Shown here piece by piece: positions 1 to 11,900 of a stretch of DNA of 64,000 bases. The position numbers were made by a program, and so were the translations under genes. This stretch comes from a virus. The notes under the pieces are model-generated. The model was not told the DNA's origin and did no database searches. It saw nothing but the letters and a program-made list of their open reading frames with translations. The stretch is taken from positions 2,395 to 66,394 of IMG/VR virus record IMGVR_UViG_3300031658_000004; one strand, written 5' to 3'. How positions within the stretch are numbered: the stretch's first letter is position 1; each line of letters opens with the position of its first letter.

Positions 1-2028
1 GAGGATAACACATTAGATACACATGGCGCTGAAACACCTTTAGAAAATTTAGCAAATCAATCTAAGGATTTAGGGATGTATTTAAATTCATCTCCTATTA
101 GAGTTCTAGAGATGATGAAAACTACAGGTAGTCATAAGGAAGCTTTAAGGAAATATGCAGAGTTACAGGAATTATTATCTAAAGGTAAAAAAATAGATCC
201 TATTGAATATGCTCATGTACAATCACAATTAAGATTATTTAAAATATTACCTAAGTTATGGAGGGGTAAAAAAGGTACTTCTAATTTTAAGTATCAGATG
301 GAAGATTATAGATTTATGGTGGTTAATAAAAATACAATTCCTCCAGATCTACAAGATAAAGTAACTTTCTATGATATTAATAGTAAATCCTTTAAATATG
401 CGTCTGATATGAAGGGCAGTATATTACCTGAAGATCAAGAGACAATTAAACTAATCTTAACAGATGACCAAGGTATACCAGTATTAGTAGATGGACAGCC
501 TATCTATTCAGACTTACCTTCTTCAGAGTTACATAAGAAGACTAAGGATGCTAAAGGGAAAGATATAGAAGTATATAGATATGGAAAATTAGATTTAAAA
601 CCTGAGACTATTGTAGAGGTTCTACTTAAGAATGGTAAAAAAGGTATTATAGGGGAGCTCACACAAGATGCTGTGAATATTCGAGATAAGCATATTACAT
701 TTAGAGAGGATGTATTACAATTAACAGTTCCAAAGTTAATTAAATTAAAAGGAGTTAGTTTTACATTATTATATAGACCAAATGGACAGGACTCTCCTCC
801 TACTAGGGCAAGTAGATCTATAGTAGATAATAAGCATCAAGTTAAAGATATACCTGTAGGGATATCTTTGAATGGGATGGTATCGATTTCAGGGAAAGAC
901 TTCTCTGTTCCTAAAGGATTTGCATATACATATAAAGATGGGAAGTTAATTCCTATCAGAGTAAATAAACTTGCGGGACCTGCTTACCACAATGTTATGA
1001 GATTATTTGAACTGATGGCTACGAAGCACGGTCAGATGACAAAGAGAGATATAACATATGCTGAGTCTACACTAATACAGGAAGGTAATCCTAAGACAAT
1101 TTTACAAGCATTAAAAGATACACTGTACATGGGTAAACATTCATTTGAGAATGCTCCTATACACAAGAGATTAAATGTTAAAGGTAATAAAATATACTTT
1201 GGAGAAGAGGTTATAGAATTTCATCAATTATTAAATAGAGGCGATAATGTTGCTCTTAATAAACAGTTTGAGGATTTTATTAGTAACTTGCACCACCAAG
1301 TAAATTACTTCTCTTTAAAGAAGGATATGAAATCTAGAGATGGGTTATATACTAAACACCAAAAGAATATTACTGCTTGGACAAAAAGAAAAGCTGTAGC
1401 ACAGAAGGCTAAGAGAACTTTTACAGAGAAGTCTCCTGCTTACCCTACTATAGAGTATATACCTTTTATGGAATTTAAAATTGGAGAAGACATGTCAATA
1501 GAAGTAGTTAAATGGGCAAATTATACAGAGTATTTATTAGGAGATGGGAGTGCGTCTACCGCTAGAGATCTAGATCAAATGCCTGCTTACTCTAACTTAG
1601 TAGAAACTTCTAATGAGTTGAATGCGCCTCAGTTTTTAAATTCTTTTGTTACGTTAGAAACAAATAAAAAAGTATCTGAGCTAGATGATATAGTAACTGC
1701 TAAAGCTAAAAAAGTTATTAAGAAGAAGAAAGACGAAAAAGTACCAACACAAGAACCTTCTAAAGATTTATCCTCTTTTACAGGGAAAGTTAAACAAGGA
1801 CCTGAAGGCCCTAATGCAGCTCCAAGTGAACAAAAGGTACCAGAAGGACCAGAAGGACCTAATGGACCTCCGACAGGTACGGTAATGGGAACTGAAGAAG
1901 ATGCATTAGCTATTCTAGCTAGGATGAAAGGAACAGCTACAGGTAAGAAGGTAAGAGCTCCTAAAGCAGTAGGGAATTCACATAAAGTAACGGGTAAGAA
2001 AGGTAAGAAAGATGATTGTACTGACTAA
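1..2028 (+). CDS. Large virion cargo/ejection protein, C-terminal part (5'-truncated)
   Basis: Frame 1 is open from base 1 into the listed 650-aa ORF; sits directly upstream of the virion RNAP as in crAss-like genomes; Pro/Gly/Lys-rich tail ending DDCTD. Confidence 0.7.
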   Translation, partial: EDNTLDTHGAETPLENLANQSKDLGMYLNSSPIRVLEMMKTTGSHKEALRKYAELQELLSKGKKIDPIEYAHVQSQLRLFKILPKLWRGKKGTSNFKYQMEDYRFMVVNKNTIPPDLQDKVTFYDINSKSFKYASDMKGSILPEDQETIKLILTDDQGIPVLVDGQPIYSDLPSSELHKKTKDAKGKDIEVYRYGKLDLKPETIVEVLLKNGKKGIIGELTQDAVNIRDKHITFREDVLQLTVPKLIKLKGVSFTLLYRPNGQDSPPTRASRSIVDNKHQVKDIPVGISLNGMVSISGKDFSVPKGFAYTYKDGKLIPIRVNKLAGPAYHNVMRLFELMATKHGQMTKRDITYAESTLIQEGNPKTILQALKDTLYMGKHSFENAPIHKRLNVKGNKIYFGEEVIEFHQLLNRGDNVALNKQFEDFISNLHHQVNYFSLKKDMKSRDGLYTKHQKNITAWTKRKAVAQKAKRTFTEKSPAYPTIEYIPFMEFKIGEDMSIEVVKWANYTEYLLGDGSASTARDLDQMPAYSNLVETSNELNAPQFLNSFVTLETNKKVSELDDIVTAKAKKVIKKKKDEKVPTQEPSKDLSSFTGKVKQGPEGPNAAPSEQKVPEGPEGPNGPPTGTVMGTEEDALAILARMKGTATGKKVRAPKAVGNSHKVTGKKGKKDDCTD

Positions 2029-2047
2029 TAAAATATAAGACTATAAT

Positions 2048-5000
2048 ATGGGCTGTAATACCAATAACGTAAAATCCACAGAGGAATGGGCTAAAGAAGA
2101 GAAAGCTATAAACGCAGTTCTTACTATGTATAATTTACCCTATACTCCGGCGGAATTTAGAATTCAATTGAGTAGGATGAACTATCAAGATGTTAAAAAC
2201 ATCAATAAACAATTAGAAGATACTACTGCTGCGGAGTTAGGTTTAACAACTGAAATGCATATAGTTGCTGCGAATCTACCTATGATAAAGAGCCTTATAG
2301 GATCCACTAAAAGGGAGCTTAATACCTACTTAACAGAAGAAGGTGTGTCACTTGCAAATCAGAGGTATTTAAATGAAGGTATGATAACAGCTTTATTTAA
2401 TGCTCTTACTACATCACTTCCTAAAGATGAATTTCTTGAAGGCGTATCCGGTACTACTGAGGAGTTAGAAGGTATGTACTTAACATATTTAAATAATAGA
2501 GCAGAATTTCAACTGGATATATCAGAGTTGATGGATAATTCTACCGATGAAGCTGTATTGCATTCTAAAGTATCACAAGCATATGGAGGCCCTAATGTAC
2601 TTGGGTCTGTATATTCTGCTATACAAGATAATTTTCATAACCTGTACAATAGAAAACTTGCCGAGTGGCAGGCAGCTGAAGAGGGTTCCTTTGCAAAGCA
2701 GATTTTAGAGGATGAATTAGACAACTTAGACCTATGGTTAGATGAAGGTGGTGTATTAGAATCCCTGTGGCCAAGTCTTGTACGTAATAACATTAGATTC
2801 CTATCTAGATTAGGTATAACTCTAAATGAAGATCACATACAAGAAGGTATAGAAAATTTATTAGAGCAGGAAGAAGATGAATCTGATAAAGATACAGCAG
2901 TGAGTAGAGACTCCCTGGGTATAACAGCTTCAAATGAAGTTAATCCTTTAACACGAGTAAAACCACATTTAAAATTATTATTAAAAACTTTACCTAAAAT
3001 TAGAATAGATGGAAGTCCTGTCACTAATAAATTAGGTGTACCTAAGTTAGCAGATTTTGGACAAACTATGTCGATCTTATATTCTACACTTGCTAATACT
3101 AATAATAATTGGAGTAAAATACAAGCCTTAAAGGCCTTAGCTATACAAGATTTAACATACAGTGTATTGTTAGATAGACTGGGATTAAATGAAGTACAAG
3201 AACCTGCAGATTTAGAAAATTTATCTAAGAATCAGTTTGATCTTTATACTTCTTTCATGACTGCGTTTAATAATGCACAAGATGCTTATTCTTTTTTAAA
3301 CATAACTAAAGATGGAAACAGGACTATGGTTGACTCTAATGCTGAGTCCACACAGAATTTAGTTAAACTTAAATGGGGTGAGAATTTTAAGTATAATATA
3401 CAAAGAGTTGAAGAGTTAGGAGAAATTATAGGAGGCAAGTCTGTGGTTAACTTAGATTATAAAGTAGGGAATAAAGCTTTAAGAGATCTTCTCGTATCTA
3501 AACTTACTATGGAACAAAGAATGGATATTTTAGAATTAGTAGGTATCCAGTTTAAAGATAGAGAAGCTGCACAGGCTTTGATAGAGTTTGATTCAGAATT
3601 ATTAGGGAGTATTAGATGGATTTTTCAATCATTATTAAATGATAGAAATGTTTCTAATTTAATGAAAGGAGATGAATCTCAAAATATTAAGAATTTAGTG
3701 CAAGTTCAAATTGATACAGACTTAAGTTCTGGGACTCTACAATTCAATAGTATAACAGGAAGGAAGAAATATGCTATTACTTTAAAAGGATTTGTAAATG
3801 TTTTAGCTGATAATCTGAATGAGGATTTTAATGAATTTACTTCTGCTTTTGGTGATAAATTAACTTCTCCTACATTTATGAACTCTCAATATATCCAAAG
3901 ACTTAAAGAAGGAGAAAGAATAGAGATAGGAGTTATTGATGGATTAAGAAATGAAGAGAGCTCGAGAGGTAAAGAAATTTCTTCTACTACAAAAGGAAAT
4001 ATTACTTTACTACATATAGCATCTATCTTACAAGGAGCTGTACCTTTAATTAGAACGGGTAATAAGAAATTAGAACGAACTATTAAAGTAGGAGAGCCGG
4101 ACTATACTAGAGGTATGGTTAGAATGCAACGTCAAATGATTGGATACTTAGAATCAGAAGTACGTACTGCACATGCTATTAAGAAAGGAAATATAACAGA
4201 TATTAAAGATCTTGATAAAGGTGTTAATTTACAATATTTTTCACATCCTTCTTTTATTGACCTTAAATCAGAAGCAGATATCTTAATAAACTCTAAGAAT
4301 TTAAATGAAGAGAAGTTAGCTAAATTTTTAAGTTCTACTACTGTGTCTGCATCTATGTTAAACTATTTAAATAAGACTGTTCAAGACACTAAGAATTTAT
4401 TAGAGCAGTATGGTATTGTTAAGATTCAAGGGGGTAAGATAACTAATGTAGGACTTGATCCTAATACCTTAAAAAATATAATGGCTACTCAAACGGAGTC
4501 AGAAGAAACAGCTGAGATTTTAAATGCAGCTATAGATAAAGGTGTCTTATCAGAAGAATTCTTAGATAAGATAGCACAACAAATCACTTTTATTAGGGAA
4601 GAGGGTATAGTTGAACAGATTAAATTATTCTTAGGACATCCTGCAATTTATGGGGATATCTTTAAAAGAACTTCAGGACTTGTATCTCCTAAAAAATACC
4701 CAGACTCTTCAGAGTCAACTATGAAGTTATTAGATACACACTATCCTAATCAAAATGGGACACATAGAAGAACTGTTCGATTTATAACTCGAGAAGAAGT
4801 AGTAGAAGATTCTATATACATTGATAAGTACAAAAAACATTTAAATACGATCGGGAGACCGGATCTTATAGACATAGTTGAAAAGACTTACTCAGATATG
4901 GAAATATTTGATGGTGGGGGATTAATACATTTAGATTTTTATAGAAAGGTCCGAAATCTTACAGATTCTTGGAGTAATGAATTAGAAAGTGTATACCAAC

Positions 5001-8000
5001 GGGTTATAGCAGGAGAAAAAGTAGAGAAGTTTGAAGTAGCATTTGCTCCTTTAAAGCCTCAAGTACTTGCTGCTATAGACCATAAAGGTATTGATATTAG
5101 AATGTTTAATAAATTTGCATTATATCCTATACATCCGAATTTATCAAAATTGGTAGAGGATATAGAAGATGGTAATACAAATGTATTAGATAGTACTTAC
5201 GAGGATATGGTTAAGAATGATTTAGATTATGTAGTCTTTCCTTCAGGTACTAAGTTAGGAGCTAAGTTAAATAGTCAAGGTAAATTCGAAGAGTTTGTTA
5301 ATGAAGAAGGTAATTATACCCCTATAGAAGATTTATCTGCTATACAATCTTATGATTTAAAATATTTTGGGGTACAACAAGATCCTAAAAACACAAGAGG
5401 TAAGAATGTCCCTGCAGGTACTCAGCCAGGGTCGATGTTACCTACAAATATATATGAAGATGGAATAATAGCACCGGAATATGCTGGTACTCAATTTAGT
5501 GAAGAGGAGAGCTGGGAGCAAGCTGTAGATAGATATCATAATTTGACATCTACTTTAATTGAACGAGATATGAGTAGGTTGGCTAGGCGTTTAGGGTTCA
5601 AGAAAACACCATCAAATGATTTTGAATTGATTGATCCTACTATGTCTAAAGAGAGTATGAAACAATCTCTTATAGTAGAGATGGATAAACGAGATATGCC
5701 TTTAAATACTAAGGTGTCAGTAGTAGCATTATTTGAGTCTACTGGAAGTACTCATATAAATCAGTTATACGAAAAGAATAAAATAGAAACTATTTTAAAT
5801 GCTATGATCACTAACACTGTGGTGCGTAGAGAGATGAATGGTGAGATGGTAGTTCTACAATCTAATTTAGGGTTGAAGTTAGAAAATAAAGCAATAAAAC
5901 AAAAAGACTCGGATATAACATTAGATAGAAAATTAAAATTTTATGATATAGATGAGACTACAGGTAAGACGACTGCTATGCAAGTGTACTTACCTCATTA
6001 TTTTAAAGAGTATTTAGGAGAAGATTTTGATATTAAACAAGCTTCAAAAGAAGCTTTACAGTTAATCGGATTTAGAATTCCTACAGAGGGGTTAAATTCT
6101 ATAGACTTTATAGAGGTGGTTGGATTTCTCCCGCAGAGCGCAGGTTCTAATATTATAGTACCTTCTGAAATGGTTGCTAAAACAGGGGCCGATTTTGATA
6201 TTGATAAATTAACTTTATATTTACCAAATGTTAAGGAGACAGGAGGTAAGATAGATTTAATTAAACCATTCGCATTAAGAGAGGATGGATCTTTATCAGC
6301 TTCTGAGATTAAACGATTAAGAGAGTTAGATATGGATGCATATGTATCTATAGTTAATGAAATGTTACCTCCAGCAACCGCTGCATTTAGATTAGAACAA
6401 GTAAGAAATAATGAAGAGGTGTCTGAATTTGATATGGATTTAGCAGAGTATGATGTAAGTTCTATGGGTGTGTTAGCTATACAGCCTAAACAGGTCCTAC
6501 AGAATGAGTTGATTACAATGATTAAAGAAGTATTAGAGCATCCATCTAGTTTTTCACAGCTAATAACACCAGTAGGTGCATTGGATTTAGCTATTAAAGC
6601 TAAGCAGATATATGAAAGACAAAACCCAGAAGGATTAAAAGTAAAAACATTAGGAGAGCAATTATCTTTTAGAAATATAATAGATACTACATATAATATG
6701 TACCAAACATTAGGGGGTACAGGTATTGTTGCATCTTCTATGACTCATGCTAGTAAATCACAACGCTCTGGGTTACATTGGAACGCTGAGAAAGTGCAGT
6801 TTAATTTTGCAGGTATTAATCCTGAGTATATTTCTTTATCTAAAAGTATAGACTTTAGAGGTGGTCATATAAATGCTTCTATGCAGAAATATGTATCAGC
6901 TTATGTGGATGGTGAAAAGGACCCTTTTGCAATGTATGTAAATGCAGGGAAAGATTTTGCTGCAATACATATGGTACTCTTAAGATCAGGAATTCCTTTA
7001 CTTACGGTACTATCATTTATGTCTCAACCTATAATACATGAGTATATAAAACTAATTAATGATAAGAGACTAGAAGCGTCGGATATATCAGATTATAAAT
7101 TTCACCCAGAGAATGATTTATATCTTAAGTACGGGGAACCTTCTAGTGTTACTCAGAAATTTACGGGAGAACATTTGAATTCTATGTTAGAGGTATCTTT
7201 TGATAAGATGAGTGCAAATGAAAAAGCTATTCAAGTTCAGGTATTACAAGATATGATACGTTATAAAGAATACTCGGTAGATTTAATGCACCTTCAACAA
7301 ATTTCCTCTTATGATACGACAAAATTACAAAATGGAAATGAAGTTATTTATTTAAAAGCATTAGAAAATATTGTACAGGATAAAGAAATGTTTTTACAAG
7401 CTGAAGGTCTAACACAAGCAGTTGAAGGACGTACACAAGCATCTTTCCTTAAACCGTTAAGAGATACATTTATGAATTCTAGAAGTCTTTTAGCACAGGT
7501 AGATTTCAAAAATCATTCACCACAGATTCATCAGAAGTATGTGGAAATGGCTCAAGGGTTAATTGAAAATGGTATGTATAAAGATGATGTTATTTATCAT
7601 TTAACTAGTTTTGATAATTTCTTATCTGCTTATATAATTTTACAAGAAACACAAGGATTTACTAATTTAGCTTCTGAGTTGGAACCTTTAGTTAGGGGCC
7701 CACAGAGTTTACCAAGAAGACTTAGAGCAGAAAGTCAAGGGTTAGATAATTTAGCTTTAGACAATTTACTCCCTATATTAGATGAGTACGCTGATGATAA
7801 TCATAACTCAACTGTAGATTCATTAAGATTGATAGGGAAGAAGTATGATGTAGAAGATACAAATGACATGGTAGAAGAGATGCTTACTCTTAAAGAAGAG
7901 AATCCTGGTTTATTTGAAGATTTAATTAAATTTAGTCTTATACAATCAGGTTTATCATATTCCCCATATTCATATCATAGTATATTACCTGGACAAGAAG

Positions 8001-8869
8001 TTTTAGAATTAACAGGTGAGAGGTATTCTAATTTTATCTCTAAAATTGATAATTATGGTTTTAATCAAGATTACTGGGATAAAGCTTATTCATCTTTTAT
8101 ATCTAACTCTTGGAGTAATCCTAGAATTGTACCGCAGAGGTTTACTCACAGTGCTAAAATACTTGCACTATTAAATCAAGATGAAATAGCTGACTCTAAA
8201 CTTCCTGGATTTTTACTTAAGGCTATAAAACAGGGTGGAGGTTATGTAACTATTACACACGTCAAAAATAAGGAAGATGGTACTTATTATTATGATATGT
8301 ATCAATTAAAAGGAGAAACGTTAGTACGACATGAAAAGCGAGGTGTTAAAAATAGATTTATAGAAACTGAAGGTAATAGTATTCCTTCAAATAATACCAC
8401 GAGAGTTAGGGGCCAATTGTCATTAGGTATTAAGAACATACAAAAAATTCTTAATGGTGAAAAAACCAATCATTTAATGCCACGAGGAGGTAAGATTATA
8501 AATACATCTGGGGAGTATAGACTACCTGATGGATCCGTCGTAGAGTTAAAGATACAACCAATTAGTATGAAAACGTTAACTGGTAAAACTAATGCCTCAA
8601 AAAAATTAAGAAAAGAGTTAGATATATCAGATAAAAATTCTATATTTGCATTTGCAAATAGTTTAGGGTTCGCAGATGCGGCAGGTCTTAAAAAAAGTTA
8701 TCCTGCTTTTTATAATTGGAGTACATTTGATGTTGCTACAATAAAGGTTTTAAGTAAAGGTACTATTAACTTATCAGAAGAGGTTAAAGGAACTGAGGAA
8801 GAAGGGTCTGTACAGACGTTATCAGGAGTAGTAAAAAAGAATTATAACAAACTTAATGAGGAGTGTTAG
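2048..8869 (+). CDS. Virion-packaged RNA polymerase (crAss-like, two-barrel, RNAi-polymerase-related)
   Basis: 2273 aa; catalytic loop GADFDIDKL preceded by GFRIPTEG, typical of crAss-like vRNAP such as phi14:2 gp66. Confidence 0.92.
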   Translation: MGCNTNNVKSTEEWAKEEKAINAVLTMYNLPYTPAEFRIQLSRMNYQDVKNINKQLEDTTAAELGLTTEMHIVAANLPMIKSLIGSTKRELNTYLTEEGVSLANQRYLNEGMITALFNALTTSLPKDEFLEGVSGTTEELEGMYLTYLNNRAEFQLDISELMDNSTDEAVLHSKVSQAYGGPNVLGSVYSAIQDNFHNLYNRKLAEWQAAEEGSFAKQILEDELDNLDLWLDEGGVLESLWPSLVRNNIRFLSRLGITLNEDHIQEGIENLLEQEEDESDKDTAVSRDSLGITASNEVNPLTRVKPHLKLLLKTLPKIRIDGSPVTNKLGVPKLADFGQTMSILYSTLANTNNNWSKIQALKALAIQDLTYSVLLDRLGLNEVQEPADLENLSKNQFDLYTSFMTAFNNAQDAYSFLNITKDGNRTMVDSNAESTQNLVKLKWGENFKYNIQRVEELGEIIGGKSVVNLDYKVGNKALRDLLVSKLTMEQRMDILELVGIQFKDREAAQALIEFDSELLGSIRWIFQSLLNDRNVSNLMKGDESQNIKNLVQVQIDTDLSSGTLQFNSITGRKKYAITLKGFVNVLADNLNEDFNEFTSAFGDKLTSPTFMNSQYIQRLKEGERIEIGVIDGLRNEESSRGKEISSTTKGNITLLHIASILQGAVPLIRTGNKKLERTIKVGEPDYTRGMVRMQRQMIGYLESEVRTAHAIKKGNITDIKDLDKGVNLQYFSHPSFIDLKSEADILINSKNLNEEKLAKFLSSTTVSASMLNYLNKTVQDTKNLLEQYGIVKIQGGKITNVGLDPNTLKNIMATQTESEETAEILNAAIDKGVLSEEFLDKIAQQITFIREEGIVEQIKLFLGHPAIYGDIFKRTSGLVSPKKYPDSSESTMKLLDTHYPNQNGTHRRTVRFITREEVVEDSIYIDKYKKHLNTIGRPDLIDIVEKTYSDMEIFDGGGLIHLDFYRKVRNLTDSWSNELESVYQRVIAGEKVEKFEVAFAPLKPQVLAAIDHKGIDIRMFNKFALYPIHPNLSKLVEDIEDGNTNVLDSTYEDMVKNDLDYVVFPSGTKLGAKLNSQGKFEEFVNEEGNYTPIEDLSAIQSYDLKYFGVQQDPKNTRGKNVPAGTQPGSMLPTNIYEDGIIAPEYAGTQFSEEESWEQAVDRYHNLTSTLIERDMSRLARRLGFKKTPSNDFELIDPTMSKESMKQSLIVEMDKRDMPLNTKVSVVALFESTGSTHINQLYEKNKIETILNAMITNTVVRREMNGEMVVLQSNLGLKLENKAIKQKDSDITLDRKLKFYDIDETTGKTTAMQVYLPHYFKEYLGEDFDIKQASKEALQLIGFRIPTEGLNSIDFIEVVGFLPQSAGSNIIVPSEMVAKTGADFDIDKLTLYLPNVKETGGKIDLIKPFALREDGSLSASEIKRLRELDMDAYVSIVNEMLPPATAAFRLEQVRNNEEVSEFDMDLAEYDVSSMGVLAIQPKQVLQNELITMIKEVLEHPSSFSQLITPVGALDLAIKAKQIYERQNPEGLKVKTLGEQLSFRNIIDTTYNMYQTLGGTGIVASSMTHASKSQRSGLHWNAEKVQFNFAGINPEYISLSKSIDFRGGHINASMQKYVSAYVDGEKDPFAMYVNAGKDFAAIHMVLLRSGIPLLTVLSFMSQPIIHEYIKLINDKRLEASDISDYKFHPENDLYLKYGEPSSVTQKFTGEHLNSMLEVSFDKMSANEKAIQVQVLQDMIRYKEYSVDLMHLQQISSYDTTKLQNGNEVIYLKALENIVQDKEMFLQAEGLTQAVEGRTQASFLKPLRDTFMNSRSLLAQVDFKNHSPQIHQKYVEMAQGLIENGMYKDDVIYHLTSFDNFLSAYIILQETQGFTNLASELEPLVRGPQSLPRRLRAESQGLDNLALDNLLPILDEYADDNHNSTVDSLRLIGKKYDVEDTNDMVEEMLTLKEENPGLFEDLIKFSLIQSGLSYSPYSYHSILPGQEVLELTGERYSNFISKIDNYGFNQDYWDKAYSSFISNSWSNPRIVPQRFTHSAKILALLNQDEIADSKLPGFLLKAIKQGGGYVTITHVKNKEDGTYYYDMYQLKGETLVRHEKRGVKNRFIETEGNSIPSNNTTRVRGQLSLGIKNIQKILNGEKTNHLMPRGGKIINTSGEYRLPDGSVVELKIQPISMKTLTGKTNASKKLRKELDISDKNSIFAFANSLGFADAAGLKKSYPAFYNWSTFDVATIKVLSKGTINLSEEVKGTEEEGSVQTLSGVVKKNYNKLNEEC

Positions 8870-8922
8870 TATGAAAATAGAATTAATTATGACTGAGGAG
8901 GATCTTATTAAAGATTTAATTT

Positions 8923-11900
8923 ATGGCTTGTAGAATAATTAGAGATGCTCAAGGGCAGGTGGAAACAGTATTTAATGAGAATGGTTTAGATTCTAAACTC
9001 TTTCATGATATTAAGATGGATTTAGGGCATGACCCTGAGTCTGCGCTAGTTGCCTATTTATCAGTGGATGAGTATTTAAAATCTAATAATATACCTGAGC
9101 AAAGTATTAACATGTCTTCTCCTTCAGTGAGAAGAATTATAGCCCCATTTAAAAGAAACCCAGATAGTTTAGAAGCGGAGACCTCGAAGCTTAAATCAGA
9201 TATGTTAAAATCTAGAGTAGGGGATTCTTTGAATTACTTATTTGAGAAATTAGGAGTTGATGTAAAGGTACTAGAATCTGTTACAGATGTTAATGGGGAG
9301 GTTATAGATCAGATAGCTGCAGCGGATATAGCTAATAGAATGATTGAACTTACTAGGTCCGGTAAAGACTTATCTATCTTAACAGAAGAAGCTTCTCACT
9401 TTATAGTAGAGGTTTTAAAAGCGCAAGGACATCCTTTATATGATACTATGCGTAGAGAGGTTATAGGTACTGAGATATACAAAGAGTTGATGAATCCTAG
9501 TAGCGCTCATTTTGAATTATATAATGGTAATGAGGATTTAATTGCTAGGGAAGCAATGGGGAAACTTATTCACCAAGAACTGGTAAAAGGAGAGACTAAA
9601 GAAAATAAAACTTTTAAAGCAAGATTAAACCGTTGGTTTACTAAAGTACTTGAACATTTAAATAGAATGTTTGGTAGAGCACATGCAGATCCTTTTGTAC
9701 AGACTGCACATGATGTCTTAAATAAAAATTTAGATTCTTATTTTAACGATATGTCTAAGACAGTTGGCTTAGAAAATAACAAATTCTATAATGAAGGTAC
9801 TAGACAGCAAAATATTATAGGTCAATTAAGTGAACAAGCAGATTTATATCAAATAGATAAATTAAGAATAGAAGATTTAAGTAGTAAGGAATTACGTCGT
9901 TATTTTACTAAGCTCTCAGAGGATGGGACTATAGAAAGATATGTAGGGAAAAAAGGTACTATATATGAAGGTAAGATACTAAAACAAAGAGGATCCGATT
10001 CAACCTCATTAAAATATGGTAATAAAGGTTCTAAGTATAGAAGTGCTGCAGAGACTAAGATAATTAACGATATGCAAAATATTCGTATGAGTACTGGTAC
10101 TAAAGGACATCTTGTAATGGAAGAGTTAATTAAGAAACTTACCGGACAAGGGAATGTATCTTATGCAGATATCTTAACTCAATCGGGCCCTTTATTTACT
10201 AAGAATCAATTTGATATATTAGTAGCTGGAGCTAAATTTTTAGTAAAAGAAGTAAAAGCTCAGCAATTAGAAATAAATAAACAGACTGGTACTACTGGTA
10301 AGTTTAAATTAATAACAGAGCAGTTTGTATCTGATGAGAAAAATAATATAGGAGGTACAATCGATATACTTGTAGTGTTTAGTGATGGATCTGCCTCTAT
10401 ATATGACTGGAAATTTAAGTCTCCTAGAATAGGGTCAAATGCAGAGATGACTAAAGGAGGTATAACTATCACTGGAGATATGTATGCTAGTTCTTTAGAA
10501 GGGTATGATAACCAAATAAATGCATATAAAAATGCATTATTATCTAAATACGGGGTAACAAAAATAAGACATTCTAGAATAGTACCTATCTCTGTTATGT
10601 TTAAGAGAGATGAGAATAATATTATGACTGATACTATTACTTATCTTGCTATGTGGACAGGCCAAGATACAGACAATAGATTTTTAGAGCACATACCTGT
10701 AGCTAATGAAATGACTGAGGATGAAAGTATAAATAGACTTATACGATCAGAGATGAGTAGATATAATGACTTAGCACGAAAGGTTAAACATGCTCCTTAT
10801 GCAGAGAGAAGTACATTAGAAAAGAAAATGTCAGATTCTAGGCTGATTATTAAGAGATTACAAATTGACCAAGAAGTTGGGGCTGGAATTGTAGAGTCTT
10901 TTAAAATATTAAAGAAAGTACATTCAGGGTTAGGCGTTGAAGAAGAATTCACTGTAGATGAAAATGGAGAAGCGGTTTTAAATCCTATGTATCTTACTGA
11001 TGAAGAATTAAAAGAGTCTTATGAAGAGTTAATTCATTTCTTAGCTTTTTCCTCTTTACCAGAGATAAGAGCTACTTTACAACAGTCTAAATCTAAACAA
11101 GATAAAGCATTACTAGCTGAGATGATGAAAGCATCTTTTGAAATTAGTACAACTATTGAGCAGATGAAAGTTCATATGGTTAATCGAGTAGACAAGAAAG
11201 CTAGGGGTAAAAATATAAGTAATATTAAGTATAATAGAAAAGGTACTCTAGAAGCATGGATACCATCTTCTGCACATAAATCTCCTTATAGTAGGTATAT
11301 TTATGATACTATGCATAATATGAAAACTATTATGATCCGAAAAGAAAAAGAATTGGCTCAGGAGATTTATGAATATGAACAAGAATTGTTTGCATGGGGA
11401 GAGTCTAATGGATATGATAATATAAAAGTATTTGATTTATTAATTAACCCAGACACACATAATCTACATCCTAAGTATACAGAGAGTTTATATGATCTTA
11501 AAAATAGAGCTAAAAAAGATGGTAATATAGGGTGGATGAAAACGTATTACTCTGCAGATATGGAGTATTACAATAAAGAGTATAAGAATTGGGAAAATAA
11601 ATCCTTTAAAGCTATAGACTCTTTAAATTTATCTAAGGAAGCTAAAGACGCTAAGAAACAACAATGGCAACAAGAGTATGATGTACTCTCTTATGATTCT
11701 GCATGGTTAGGAAATGGAGGTCAATACTTTACAAAGTTAAATACAGAAACTGCGTCGGAATTCTTAACTCCGGCTTATAAACAAATACAAGCTAATCCTG
11801 CTTTAAAGAATTTTTATGAATATCATATTAAGAAGGTAGGGGAATTTGAAAAAATGTTTGGTATGAAGTTAGGGCCAACATTCATTGCTAATGTACAACA

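Noticed and set aside
1795-1875. Collagen-like GPEGPN repeats
   Set aside because: Too short for a triple helix; treated as a flexible linker
8867-8925. Stop-codon reassignment or readthrough fusing vRNAP with the next gene (known in some crAss clades)
   Set aside because: Genes are full length in code 11, TAG/TGA act as stops, the next gene is in a different frame and another stop follows quickly
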